A stretch of 61,692 nt of DNA, filler included, from Thermodesulfobacteriota bacterium (GTDB taxonomy: Bacteria > DASVDK01): assembly GCA_036381125.1 (NCBI GenBank). It is 4 parts of 4 records of this genome, joined end to end, with 100 filler letters (N's around TTAATTAATTAA, not from the genome) between each part and the next. Parts side by side here need not be neighbours in the genome. Positions count along the whole stretch, not along the records: positions 16,220 to 39,248 come from DASVDK010000302.1; 3 more parts are not named here. The stretch is one strand, 5' to 3'. A program made the position numbers and the translations under genes. Every line of letters starts with the position of its first letter. Position 1 is the stretch's first letter. Below the pieces are notes generated by a model. It was not told where the DNA came from. It searched no databases and worked only from the letters and a program-made list of their open reading frames with translations. Shown here in pieces: positions 30,170 through 38,364 of this stretch.

Positions 30170-31230
30170 GGCGTCATCGAGACCTTGATCGCGTGCTCGA
30201 GCCGCTTCGACGCGATCTCGAGCGCCCGCTCGAATTCGCGCAGCGGGATGTCGTGCGTGACGATCTCGTCGAGCCGGATGGCGCCGCGCCGCACGTACTC
30301 GATGGCCAGCGGGAAGGCGTCGGCCTCCGCCCCGCCGGACATCGTCCGCCCGATGAAGGTCAGCTCCTTCTGGTTGCAGACCGCTCCGAACTCGATCTTC
30401 GGTGCGACCGTGCTCGCGTAGGCGGCGCCCACGACGAACCGCCCCCGCTTGCGCAGCAGCCGGGATCCCACCTCGATCGCCTCGGTCTGTCCGTGATCCA
30501 CGACCAGGTCGACCCCGAGCCCATCGGTCAGCGCCCGCACCTCGGCGACGACGTCCGTGCTCCGGAGGTTGAGCACGACGTCCGCGCCGAGGCGCTTGCC
30601 GACTTCCAGACGGTGGTCGTCGTCCTCGACGTAGATCGTGAGTGCGGCCCCCCGGAGCCGGCAGACCTGGACCATGATGAGCCCCAGGAAGCCCCCGCCG
30701 AGGACCACGACCGTCTCGCCGAGGCGCAGCCCTCCCCGGTCGACCGTGTAGATGCCGCACGCGGTCGACTCGAGGGCGATGGCGGCGCGCCAGGAGACCT
30801 CGGGCGGCAGTCGGTGCACGATCGCCCCCGCCGGGAAGATCATGTACTCCGACCAGCAGCCGTCGATCTCGAGCCCGAAGTGCGCCTGCCGGTCGCAGAG
30901 GTGATACCAGCCGCGCCGGCAGTACCAGCAGAGGCCGCACGAGACGACCTGCTCGGCGACGACGCGGTCGCCCACCGCGATGCGGTGCCGCTCGCCCGCG
31001 CCGGCGCCCAGGGCCGCGACGGTCCCGGCAAACTCGTGCCCGGCGACGCCGGGCCGGTTCCTGCCGATCGGCCACTCGCCGCGCGAGATGACCGGGTCGT
31101 TGATGCCCACGCCGACCTTGGCCACCTTGACGAGGACCTCCCCGGGGCCCGGCGCCGGCACCGCGACCTCCTGGTACCGGAGGTCGCGCGGTCCGTGCAC
31201 GAGCACGGCGCGCATGCTCTGCGGAATCAT
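30166..31230 (-). CDS. Zinc-binding alcohol/sugar dehydrogenase family protein (catalytic Cys replaced by Gly)
   Basis: GHEFAG, CGLCWYC..C and GGGFLG; ATGA overlap. Confidence 0.88.
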   Translation of the reverse strand: MIPQSMRAVLVHGPRDLRYQEVAVPAPGPGEVLVKVAKVGVGINDPVISRGEWPIGRNRPGVAGHEFAGTVAALGAGAGERHRIAVGDRVVAEQVVSCGLCWYCRRGWYHLCDRQAHFGLEIDGCWSEYMIFPAGAIVHRLPPEVSWRAAIALESTACGIYTVDRGGLRLGETVVVLGGGFLGLIMVQVCRLRGAALTIYVEDDDHRLEVGKRLGADVVLNLRSTDVVAEVRALTDGLGVDLVVDHGQTEAIEVGSRLLRKRGRFVVGAAYASTVAPKIEFGAVCNQKELTFIGRTMSGGAEADAFPLAIEYVRRGAIRLDEIVTHDIPLREFERALEIASKRLEHAIKVSMTP

Positions 31231-32282
31231 AGGCCCTCGATCCGCCGGCTGGCGGCGTACGTGTTGCCGAACGTCGTGATGAGCATCGTGTGTTTGCCCG
31301 CCCCGCCCGTGACCAGGAACATGATGGCCTCGGCGGAGTCGGCCACGGGGATCGCGCCGGTGTCGCCGTGGCGCTCGAGCCAGGCCGCGCGCAGCAGGCG
31401 GATCCGCCTGGCGTTCTCCGGCGAGAAGCGCTCCCACGGCACCCGGGCCCGCTCGTAGAGGAACCGCTTCGCGTCGGCTTTGGACCAGCCGTCGCGCGCG
31501 ATGAGGTCGGCATGCTCGGGGCTGAAGACGAGGAGCGGCTCGCCGCCCCGGAGCGCGTTGTTCGAGCCTGGCGTGATCATGGCGGACGCGATGCTGTGGA
31601 GGACCCCTTCGGCGGAGGTACTGCTCGCGTCGTTGATGTTCATCGGCGCGTCGGCCCCGACCACCGTGACGACGCTCTCCTCCGGCCGGAAGCCACGCTC
31701 CACGTGAAGCGGCTCCCAGGGGCTCTCGGCCTCGTTCTCCGCGACGCAGTAGCTGTACTTCCCCGCGTGGCCGTGCGTCGCCCGGTCGTTCTTGCCCGGG
31801 TCGGCGCCGCCGATGTTGAGCAGCACGAAGCGCACCGCGCGTCCCACCGTGGCGTTGGCGCGCGTTCCCTGCCCGAAGCAGTTCTCGCGGCAGTTGAAGC
31901 CGAGCCGCGTCACGACCGGCCCGTTCAGGATGGCGAGCGGGGCGACGGCGTTCGTGGTGGACTGCACGGAGTTGAGGTTGAAGCGCGGCTCGAGGATGGC
32001 CCGCACGACGGCCACCACCACCGGGAGGTACTCCGGCCTGCAGCCGGCCATCACGGCGTTCACGGCGATCCGCTCGACCGTCGCCTCGCCGTTGAGGTGC
32101 GGGATCACGCCGATGACCTCGGACGGGTCGCCGGCGTAGCCGGCGAGCATCCGGCGGACCCGCTCCGGCGTGGGCGGGACGATGGGCAGGCCGTCGGTCC
32201 AGCCCTGCTGGTAGAAGTGCTCGGTGACGGCCTCGAGGTCGTCGGGAAGCTCGAGGGTCGGCGAGGCGAGGTCGACCGACAT
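31227..32282 (-). CDS. Conserved partner of UGSC-family proteins (GWTDGLP.VPPT domain; 351 aa)
   Basis: GWTDGLPIVPPT, AVNAVMAGCRPEY, RANATVGRA and AENEAESPWEPLH; TGATG overlap with the upstream gene. Confidence 0.82.
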   Translation of the reverse strand: MSVDLASPTLELPDDLEAVTEHFYQQGWTDGLPIVPPTPERVRRMLAGYAGDPSEVIGVIPHLNGEATVERIAVNAVMAGCRPEYLPVVVAVVRAILEPRFNLNSVQSTTNAVAPLAILNGPVVTRLGFNCRENCFGQGTRANATVGRAVRFVLLNIGGADPGKNDRATHGHAGKYSYCVAENEAESPWEPLHVERGFRPEESVVTVVGADAPMNINDASSTSAEGVLHSIASAMITPGSNNALRGGEPLLVFSPEHADLIARDGWSKADAKRFLYERARVPWERFSPENARRIRLLRAAWLERHGDTGAIPVADSAEAIMFLVTGGAGKHTMLITTFGNTYAASRRIEGL

Positions 32283-32836
32283 CAGGCGTCCTTCCAGATC
32301 GGGGCGGACGTGAGGGCCGCGACGATCTGCGGCACCGTGGCGGTCGCGATGGCCGCCATCTCGTCCGCGCGCCGACCCGTCAGCGGGTGCGGGATGGTGA
32401 GGATCGGCAGGCCGATCGCGTTCATCGCGCGCGCCTTCTCGACGGCGAACGGGAGGAAGCGGTCGGTGCAGACGGTCACCGTCGGGATGCCCAATCGTTC
32501 GAGTGCGATCGAGTCGTGGATACTCCACGGCGTGCACGACCCTCAGTCGGGGACGGCGTTGACGACGACGTCCGCCTCCTTCGCCATCTCGGCGATCAGC
32601 TCGGGTGCGGCAGGACTGCTCGAGTCCCGCTTGCGGCGGTGGATTCGCGCGGCGAGTCCCACGCGCCGGTCGAGCGCGTCGGCGACCGTGCGGAGATAGA
32701 GGTCCGAATTCGGCTTCGTGTTGTCGAGGAAGCCGACCCTGAGGCCGCCGAGCGCGGCCGGCCGCGGCACGAAAGCCACGGCCGGCGCGCGCTCCGCCTT
32801 CGGGGTCGCCCTCGGGATCAGGACGATCATCGGCAT
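32282..32836 (-). CDS. UGSC-motif selenoprotein (184 aa; Sec98 at UGA 32543-32545)
   Basis: One frame reads ...ADVVVNAVPD-U-GSCTPWSIHDSIALERLGIPTVTVCT...IPHPL; GGGAGG RBS; hairpin after the UGA. Confidence 0.88.
32511..32542 (-). promoter_or_regulatory. Putative bacterial SECIS element
   Basis: CGTGGA-GTA-TCCACG perfect stem with loop at +20..+22 after the UGA; flanking GGGT/ACTC pairing. Confidence 0.72.
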
Positions 32837-32850
32837 GAGCCCTCCCGCGA

Positions 32851-33813
32851 CTACTTCCTGACGCCCATCTCCTTGACCAGGTTCCCGTAGGCCGTGAACT
32901 CGGCCCTGATCGACTCGCCGAACGCCTGCGGCGGGAGGTAGCCCGGCAGGAGCTTCGCCTCCTCCGTGTACTTCACGAAGGAGGGCTCCTTGATCGCCTC
33001 CTGGACGAGGTCGTGGAGCTTCTTCACGACGTCGTCCGGCGTGTCCTTGGGCGCCACGAGGCCCCGCCAGATCTCGCCGACGACGTCCATCCCCATCTCC
33101 TTGAGCGTGGGGACGTCCGGGTAGGTCTTCAGGCGCTCGGGCGAGGCGATGCCGACGATGCGTACCTTGCCCGCCTCGACCTGCGGCGTGACTTCCGAGA
33201 GGCTCGTCATGAGGACGGCGACGTGCCCGCCGAGGAGCGCGGTCATCGCCTCGGCGCCGCCGTCGAAGGGCACGTAGGAGAACCTGAGATCGTTCTTCCG
33301 GAAGACCTCGTAGGTCAGGAGGCTGTCGAGGCTGCCGAGGAACGCCCCGCCGAACTTGACCTCCGAGGGCTGGGCCTTGGCCGCGCCGAGGACGTCCTCG
33401 AGCGTCTTCCACGGGGCGTCGGCCCGCACGAGGAACGCCTCCGGGTCGGTCTGGATGCGGATCACCGGCTTGAAGTCGGCCAGCGAGTAGCGCGAGCCGG
33501 CCACGTGCGGCGTGATGACGCCGGAGGCGGTGCCGACGAGGAGCGTGTAGCCGTCGGCCGGCTGGCTGGAGACGTACTCCATCGCCGTGGCCCCGCCGCC
33601 GCCCGGCCGGTTGACCACCACCACCGGCACCCTGGCGTGCTTGCTGAGCGGCTCGGCGAGCTGGCGCGCGAGGACGTCGCCGCCGCCCCCGACGCTCGAC
33701 CAGGTGACGAGCCGGATGGGGGCGGACGGGAACTCCGCCGCCGCGGCCGGCGCGGCGAGCGCCGCGACGAGCGCGACGGCGAGCGACGTGAGGATTCTCC
33801 CGGGGCGTCGCAT
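32851..33813 (-). CDS. tctC: Tripartite tricarboxylate transporter substrate-binding protein (TctC/Bug)
   Basis: Signal peptide; GGGGDVLAR, VVNRPGGGG, PADGYTL, GGAEA.TALLGGH and PDVPT. Confidence 0.9.
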   Translation of the reverse strand: MRRPGRILTSLAVALVAALAAPAAAAEFPSAPIRLVTWSSVGGGGDVLARQLAEPLSKHARVPVVVVNRPGGGGATAMEYVSSQPADGYTLLVGTASGVITPHVAGSRYSLADFKPVIRIQTDPEAFLVRADAPWKTLEDVLGAAKAQPSEVKFGGAFLGSLDSLLTYEVFRKNDLRFSYVPFDGGAEAMTALLGGHVAVLMTSLSEVTPQVEAGKVRIVGIASPERLKTYPDVPTLKEMGMDVVGEIWRGLVAPKDTPDDVVKKLHDLVQEAIKEPSFVKYTEEAKLLPGYLPPQAFGESIRAEFTAYGNLVKEMGVRK

Positions 33814-33815
33814 GT

Positions 33816-35300
33816 CTACCTCCTGGAAAGGGCGCCGTACGCGGCGCGGACGAGCGGAAGGCTGAAGGTGAGGACGGCCACGAGCAGGAGCACGGCCGCC
33901 ACCGGGCTCGTGACGAACACCATGAGGGAGCCGTCCGACAGGATGAGCGCGCGCCGGAAGGCCGACTCGATGATCGGGCCGAGGACGAAGCCGAGCACGC
34001 AGGCGGCCGGCGAGAAGTCGTAGCGGCTCATGACGTACCCGGCGACGCCGAAGCCGAGCGCGGTGCCGACCTCGAAGAGGCTCTGCTGGTGGCTATAGGT
34101 GCCGACCACGACCAGCGTGAGAACGGCGCCAAGCAGGATCGACTTGTCGACGCTCACGATCTTGAGGAGAGGCTTGATGCACAATCGCCCCATGGCGAGC
34201 ATCATGAACGTCGCGACGAAGAGGCCGGCGAAGAGCCCGTACACGACCTGCGGGTCCTTCTCGAAGAGCATCGGGCCGGGGGTCACCCCGTGGAGCATGA
34301 GGGCCGCGATCATGATGGCGGCGGAGTTCGACCCGGGGATGCCGAAGGCGAGGAGCGGCACCATGGCGCCCGGCACGCAGGCGTTGTTGGCCGTCTCCGG
34401 AGCGGCGACCCCTTCGAGCGACCCCTTCCCGAAGAGCTCGGGGTGCTTCGACCAGCGCCTGGCTTCGGAGTAGGCCAGCAGGCTCGCCACGGTCGTCCCC
34501 GCGCCCGGGAGGACGCCGATCACCATCCCGAGGACCCCCGTGAGCAGGGTGATCGGCAGGAGTGGCCGGAACTCCCGCCAGGTGACGAGGGCGCGCGAGA
34601 CGGTCCCTGTGAAGCGCTGGACCGGGGTCGCGTCGCGCGCCTGCACGAGCACCTCGCCGACGGCGAGGAGGCCCACCAGGACGGCGGTGGCCTCGAAGCC
34701 GTTGGTGAGATCCTGGCTGCCGAACGTGAACCGGGCGGTCCCCGTGAAGGGGTCGATCCCGACGGTGGCCGCCATGACGCCGAAGGTGGCCGACGCGAGC
34801 CCCTTGATGACGCTCTTGCCGCCGAGGCTCGAGACGAGCGCGAGGCCGAGGCAGGCGAAGGCGAAGTACTCGGCCGGCCCGAAGCTGAGCGCCACTCGCG
34901 AGAGCGGCAGCACGAGCGCGATCAGCATGACGTTGCCGATGATCCCGCCGATGAAGCCGCCGTAGAGCGACACGCTCAGCGCCTTGCCGCCCTTGCCCTG
35001 GAGCTGGAGCGCGTAGCCGTCGAAGGTGGTGACCACGGCGGCCGAGGTGCCGGGCGTCTTGATGAGGATGGCGGGGACCGAGCCGCTGTACTCCGCCGCC
35101 ACGTAGACGGCGGCGAGCATCATGAGGGCGCCCGCGGGCGGCATGCCCCAGGTGAGCGGCAGGACGAGCGCCATCGCGGTACTGGCCTGGATGCCGGGCA
35201 GCGCGCCGCCGATGAACCCCCAGACGGTCCCGAGGAGCATGAGGCCGAGGCTCTGCCAGGTGAGCGCCTCCTGGATGCCGAGGGCGAGGTTGTCCCACAT
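33816..35300 (-). CDS. tctA: Tripartite tricarboxylate transporter large permease
   Basis: GALPG, ILIKTPGT, GPAEYF, APETANNA, GIPGS and GVTPGP. Confidence 0.93.
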   Translation of the reverse strand: MWDNLALGIQEALTWQSLGLMLLGTVWGFIGGALPGIQASTAMALVLPLTWGMPPAGALMMLAAVYVAAEYSGSVPAILIKTPGTSAAVVTTFDGYALQLQGKGGKALSVSLYGGFIGGIIGNVMLIALVLPLSRVALSFGPAEYFAFACLGLALVSSLGGKSVIKGLASATFGVMAATVGIDPFTGTARFTFGSQDLTNGFEATAVLVGLLAVGEVLVQARDATPVQRFTGTVSRALVTWREFRPLLPITLLTGVLGMVIGVLPGAGTTVASLLAYSEARRWSKHPELFGKGSLEGVAAPETANNACVPGAMVPLLAFGIPGSNSAAIMIAALMLHGVTPGPMLFEKDPQVVYGLFAGLFVATFMMLAMGRLCIKPLLKIVSVDKSILLGAVLTLVVVGTYSHQQSLFEVGTALGFGVAGYVMSRYDFSPAACVLGFVLGPIIESAFRRALILSDGSLMVFVTSPVAAVLLLVAVLTFSLPLVRAAYGALSRR

Positions 35301-35311
35301 GGTGTTGCGCC

Positions 35312-35779
35312 TTACCTCCCGAAGAGACCGAGCGGCACCGGGACCGTGAAGAGGCGGAAGAAGACGAGGTACACGACGACGGTGGCGGCGAGCGACACCG
35401 CGACGATCTGCGCCGGGCGCCGCGCGCCGTTGGCCACCATCGTGCCGGCCATGATGAGGGGCGTGGCGAAGAGGCCGAGGACCGACCAGGCGGGGATCGC
35501 AAGGAGGATGACCGCGAGGGTCCCGTAGAATGCCTGCCGATCAGGGGGCTCGTCCTCGATGACCTCGTTCGCCTCGGCGGGAAGAAGGCGCGCCGACGCC
35601 ATGAGCAGCACCGAGAGGACGGCGAGGAAGCCGGCCAGCAGCTTGGGGAAGAAGGCCGTCCCGACCTGCTCGAAGAGCGCACCGGGCGGCAGGTTGTCGG
35701 CGGCCACGTAGAAGGCCGCCGCGATCGCGAGGAGGACCGCCCCGCTGCAGAGGCGTCAGAGACGCGTTCCGGGCTTCAT
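35312..35779 (-). CDS. tctB: TctB small permease with in-frame TGA at codon 8 (35756-35758): Sec readthrough, nonsense mutation or sequence error
   Basis: ATG overlaps the gntR stop (ATGA). Reads MKPGTRL*RLCSGAVLLAIAAAFYV..GTAFFP...LGLF.AT...F..LF.VP.P.G. Confidence 0.72.
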
Positions 35780-36477
35780 GCGTCGAGGTCCCCAGGTCGC
35801 CGGCGGCCCCATGAGGCATCGATGTACGCCGCCACCGCTCGACTGGTGGCGAGGACGTGCTCGCGCGCGAGCCGCTCGGCCTCGTCGGGGCGGCGGCCGC
35901 GGACGGCGTCGAGGATCGCGACGTGGCCGCGGTGCGCGGCCTCGAGGTGGCTGGTGAGGTCGACGGCGAGGTTTCGGAACCGCTGCGCGCGGTCCCAGAA
36001 GACGCGAAGCGTCACGAGCAGCTCCGGGTTGCCGCACTGCTCGTGGATGGCTCCGTGGAAGTCGCGATTGAGCGCGACGGACTCGCGGTAGGCTCCCGCG
36101 GCCAGGTGCGCCGCCATCCGGTCCACGATCGCCTCGAGGCGTCTCGCGAGGGATTCGTCCGCGTTCTCCGCCGCGAGCCGGGCGGCGAGCCCCTCGAGCA
36201 CGCTGCGGACCTGGTAGACCTGCCGGACCTCGCGGGCGGAGAAGGGGGCGACGATGGCGCCTCGGTTCTGGCGCCAGACGACGAGCCCGTCGGCCGCCAG
36301 CCGGATGAGCGCCTCACGGATCGGGGTGGCCGACACGCCGATCTCCTCGGCAAGGACGGCCGCCTTGAGGGGCGTTCCGGGGGTGAGGCGGTTGTCGACG
36401 ATCATGGCCCGCAGTCGCCGGTAGGCCACGTCCTGGGCAGAGAGGGGACCGTCGCTGTCTGGCCGCACCGAGGTCAA
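35776..36477 (-). CDS. GntR family (FCD) transcriptional regulator
   Basis: AYRRLR..I, LAEEIGVSATPIREAL, R.VLE, N.DFH...GN and H..I..A..H. Confidence 0.92.
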   Translation of the reverse strand: MTSVRPDSDGPLSAQDVAYRRLRAMIVDNRLTPGTPLKAAVLAEEIGVSATPIREALIRLAADGLVVWRQNRGAIVAPFSAREVRQVYQVRSVLEGLAARLAAENADESLARRLEAIVDRMAAHLAAGAYRESVALNRDFHGAIHEQCGNPELLVTLRVFWDRAQRFRNLAVDLTSHLEAAHRGHVAILDAVRGRRPDEAERLAREHVLATSRAVAAYIDASWGRRRPGDLDA

Positions 36478-36509
36478 GGGATCCCCCGTTGATCGGACAT
36501 TAGAACGTC

Positions 36510-36537
36510 TTTACATTCCTTGCGTATATTCTATAAT
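36510..36537 (+). promoter_or_regulatory. Sigma70-type promoter TTTACA-N16-TATAAT in the AT-rich divergent intergenic region
   Basis: Perfect TATAAT at 36532-36537 and AGGAGG at 36560-36565. An opposite-strand TTGACT at 36553-36558 may serve gntR. Confidence 0.7.
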
Positions 36538-36571
36538 CTCGCCCAGACGGCAAGTCAAGAGGAGGCCTGAC

Positions 36572-37336
36572 ATGGCCGACGTCAAGGTCTACGTCCGCCC
36601 CGGCTGATTCACCTGCGGGACAACGAAAGAGTTTCTTTCGTCCAACGGCATCCCGTTCGAGACCCGTGACGTCGAGCACGACGCCGAAGCGCGCGCGGAA
36701 CTCGCGGCGCTCGGGCTGAAGACCCTCCCGGTCACCGTCGTCGGCGACCAGGTCGTCGTCGGCTTCAACCGGCCCGCGCTCGCGGCGGCGCTCCGCCTGG
36801 GCGAGGGGGCGGGGAAGAAGCCCGCGGTCGACCGCGAGGTGCTGCTCGAGCGTTACCAGAGGATCTTCGGTGCCTTCTCACGCGCGGCGCGCCAGGTCCC
36901 CGACGACAGGCTCGTCACCTGGAAGTCGCCGGAGCGGGACCGGGACCTCAGGCAATTCCTCTTCCACGTCTACGATCGGCCGGACCTCATGCTCCAGGGG
37001 CTCGAGACCGGGGTCTACCGCTACGAGGACGTCCTCAAGGCCTACGACCGCGCGGAGGCGTACGAGACGACGTCCGCGCTCGTGGACAGGGGCGACGAGC
37101 TCATGGCCGGCGTGTACGCGTTCCTGCGCACCGCCACGCCGGAGAGGCTGGCCCAGCCGATCGACTCGTACCAGGGGGTGCTCGCCATCGGCGAACTCCT
37201 CACGCTCGCGCTCGGCCACGCCGCGCACCACCTGCGCCAGCTCTATCACTACTTCGGGATCCTGGGCATCACGCCAGATCGGCCGCTCGTCGACCGCGAC
37301 TTCGAGGGGATCGCGATGCCGGCGAAGCTCTTCTGA
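36572..37336 (+). CDS. Selenocysteine glutaredoxin (UFTC) fused to a DinB-like domain (254 aa; Sec12 at UGA 36605-36607)
   Basis: MADVKVYVRPG-U-FTCGTTKEFLSSNGIPFETRDV...KTLPVTVVGDQVVVGFN, in frame with ORF 36839-37336 (FLFHV, GHAAHHLRQL). Confidence 0.9.
36608..36655 (+). promoter_or_regulatory. Putative bacterial SECIS element
   Basis: ACGAAAGA-GTT-TCTTTCGT perfect 8-bp stem (36623-36641) with loop at +24..+26; AT-rich codons atypical for this genome. Confidence 0.8.
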
Positions 37337-37379
37337 CCCGGCTCCGCGCCGCCTGATCCGCCGCCGCCGGCGCGGGCGC

Positions 37380-38363
37380 TCAGGCCCGGAAGAGCGACAG
37401 GGCGAATCGGGCATCGGGGTCGACCCACTGGGCCTCGCCCTCGAACCCCGCGGCCCGACCCAGCGCGACGAGCTCGTCCGGCTGATACTTGTACGAGCTT
37501 TCCGTCCAGATCGTCTCGCCCGGCTCGAACGCGAACGAGCCGCCGGCGCCGGGGACCGAGACCCGCTGTCGCTGCCGGCTCACGAGGTGCATCTCCACCC
37601 GCGAGTGGCTCGCGTTCCAGACGGCTCGATGCTCGAACGCGTCGAGCGCGAAGTCGCCGCCCAGCTCGGCGTTGATCCTGACCAGCAGGTTCTTGTTGAA
37701 GGCGGCCGTCAACCCGAGCGGGTCGTCGTAGGCGATCCGCAGCTCGGCCTCCGGCTTGACGAGATCGGCCCCGAGGAGCAAGCCGTCCCCGGGCCGGAGG
37801 CCCTCGCGGATCACGCGCAGCAGGGCGAGCGCGTCGGGCGGCTCGAAGTTGCCGACGTTCGAGCCGAGGAAGAGGACCAGGGTTCGGTCGCCGGCAGGAC
37901 GAGACGGGACCTCGCGCATCGCGCACGCGTACGTGGCTCTGTGAGGGACGACGGAGACGTCGTCGAAGCGCGCGAGCCGCTCGGCCGCCGCGGCGAGCGC
38001 GCCGGCCGACACGTCGACCAGGTGGACCTCCAGGGCACGACCTCGGCCCCTGTTGGCCTCGACCACGATGGCCGTCTTCTCTCCACTGCCGGGGCCGAGG
38101 TCGGCGAGCGTGTCGCAGTGACCGAGCCGGGCGAGGGCCGCCGGGACGTGTCGGGTCAGGAGCCGGGTCTCGGCCCGGGTGATGTGGTACCAGGGCAGGC
38201 AGCAGATCGCGTCGAACAGCCTGGAGCCGAGCGCGTCGTAGAGGTACCGGGACTGCAGGCGCTTCGGCCGCGACCCCAGGTCCCGTCGGACGTCGCGGCC
38301 GAACGCGTGACGCTCTTCGGGGGCGTCGCCGGCGTCGCCGGGTCGCGGCACCACGGCAGCCAC
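37380..38363 (-). CDS. egtD: L-histidine N-alpha-methyltransferase (ergothioneine biosynthesis)
   Basis: YLYDALGSRLFDAIC.LP.Y..TR.E, DLGPGSGEK, FLGSNVGN, AYDDPLG.TAAFN and ETIWTESSYKY. Confidence 0.9.
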   Translation of the reverse strand: MAAVVPRPGDAGDAPEERHAFGRDVRRDLGSRPKRLQSRYLYDALGSRLFDAICCLPWYHITRAETRLLTRHVPAALARLGHCDTLADLGPGSGEKTAIVVEANRGRGRALEVHLVDVSAGALAAAAERLARFDDVSVVPHRATYACAMREVPSRPAGDRTLVLFLGSNVGNFEPPDALALLRVIREGLRPGDGLLLGADLVKPEAELRIAYDDPLGLTAAFNKNLLVRINAELGGDFALDAFEHRAVWNASHSRVEMHLVSRQRQRVSVPGAGGSFAFEPGETIWTESSYKYQPDELVALGRAAGFEGEAQWVDPDARFALSLFRA

Positions 38364-38364
38364 G

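Noticed and set aside
32387-32890. Plus-strand 167-aa ORF over the UGSC gene
   Set aside because: It is an antisense shadow; the minus-strand Sec frame has the RBS, motif and coupling.
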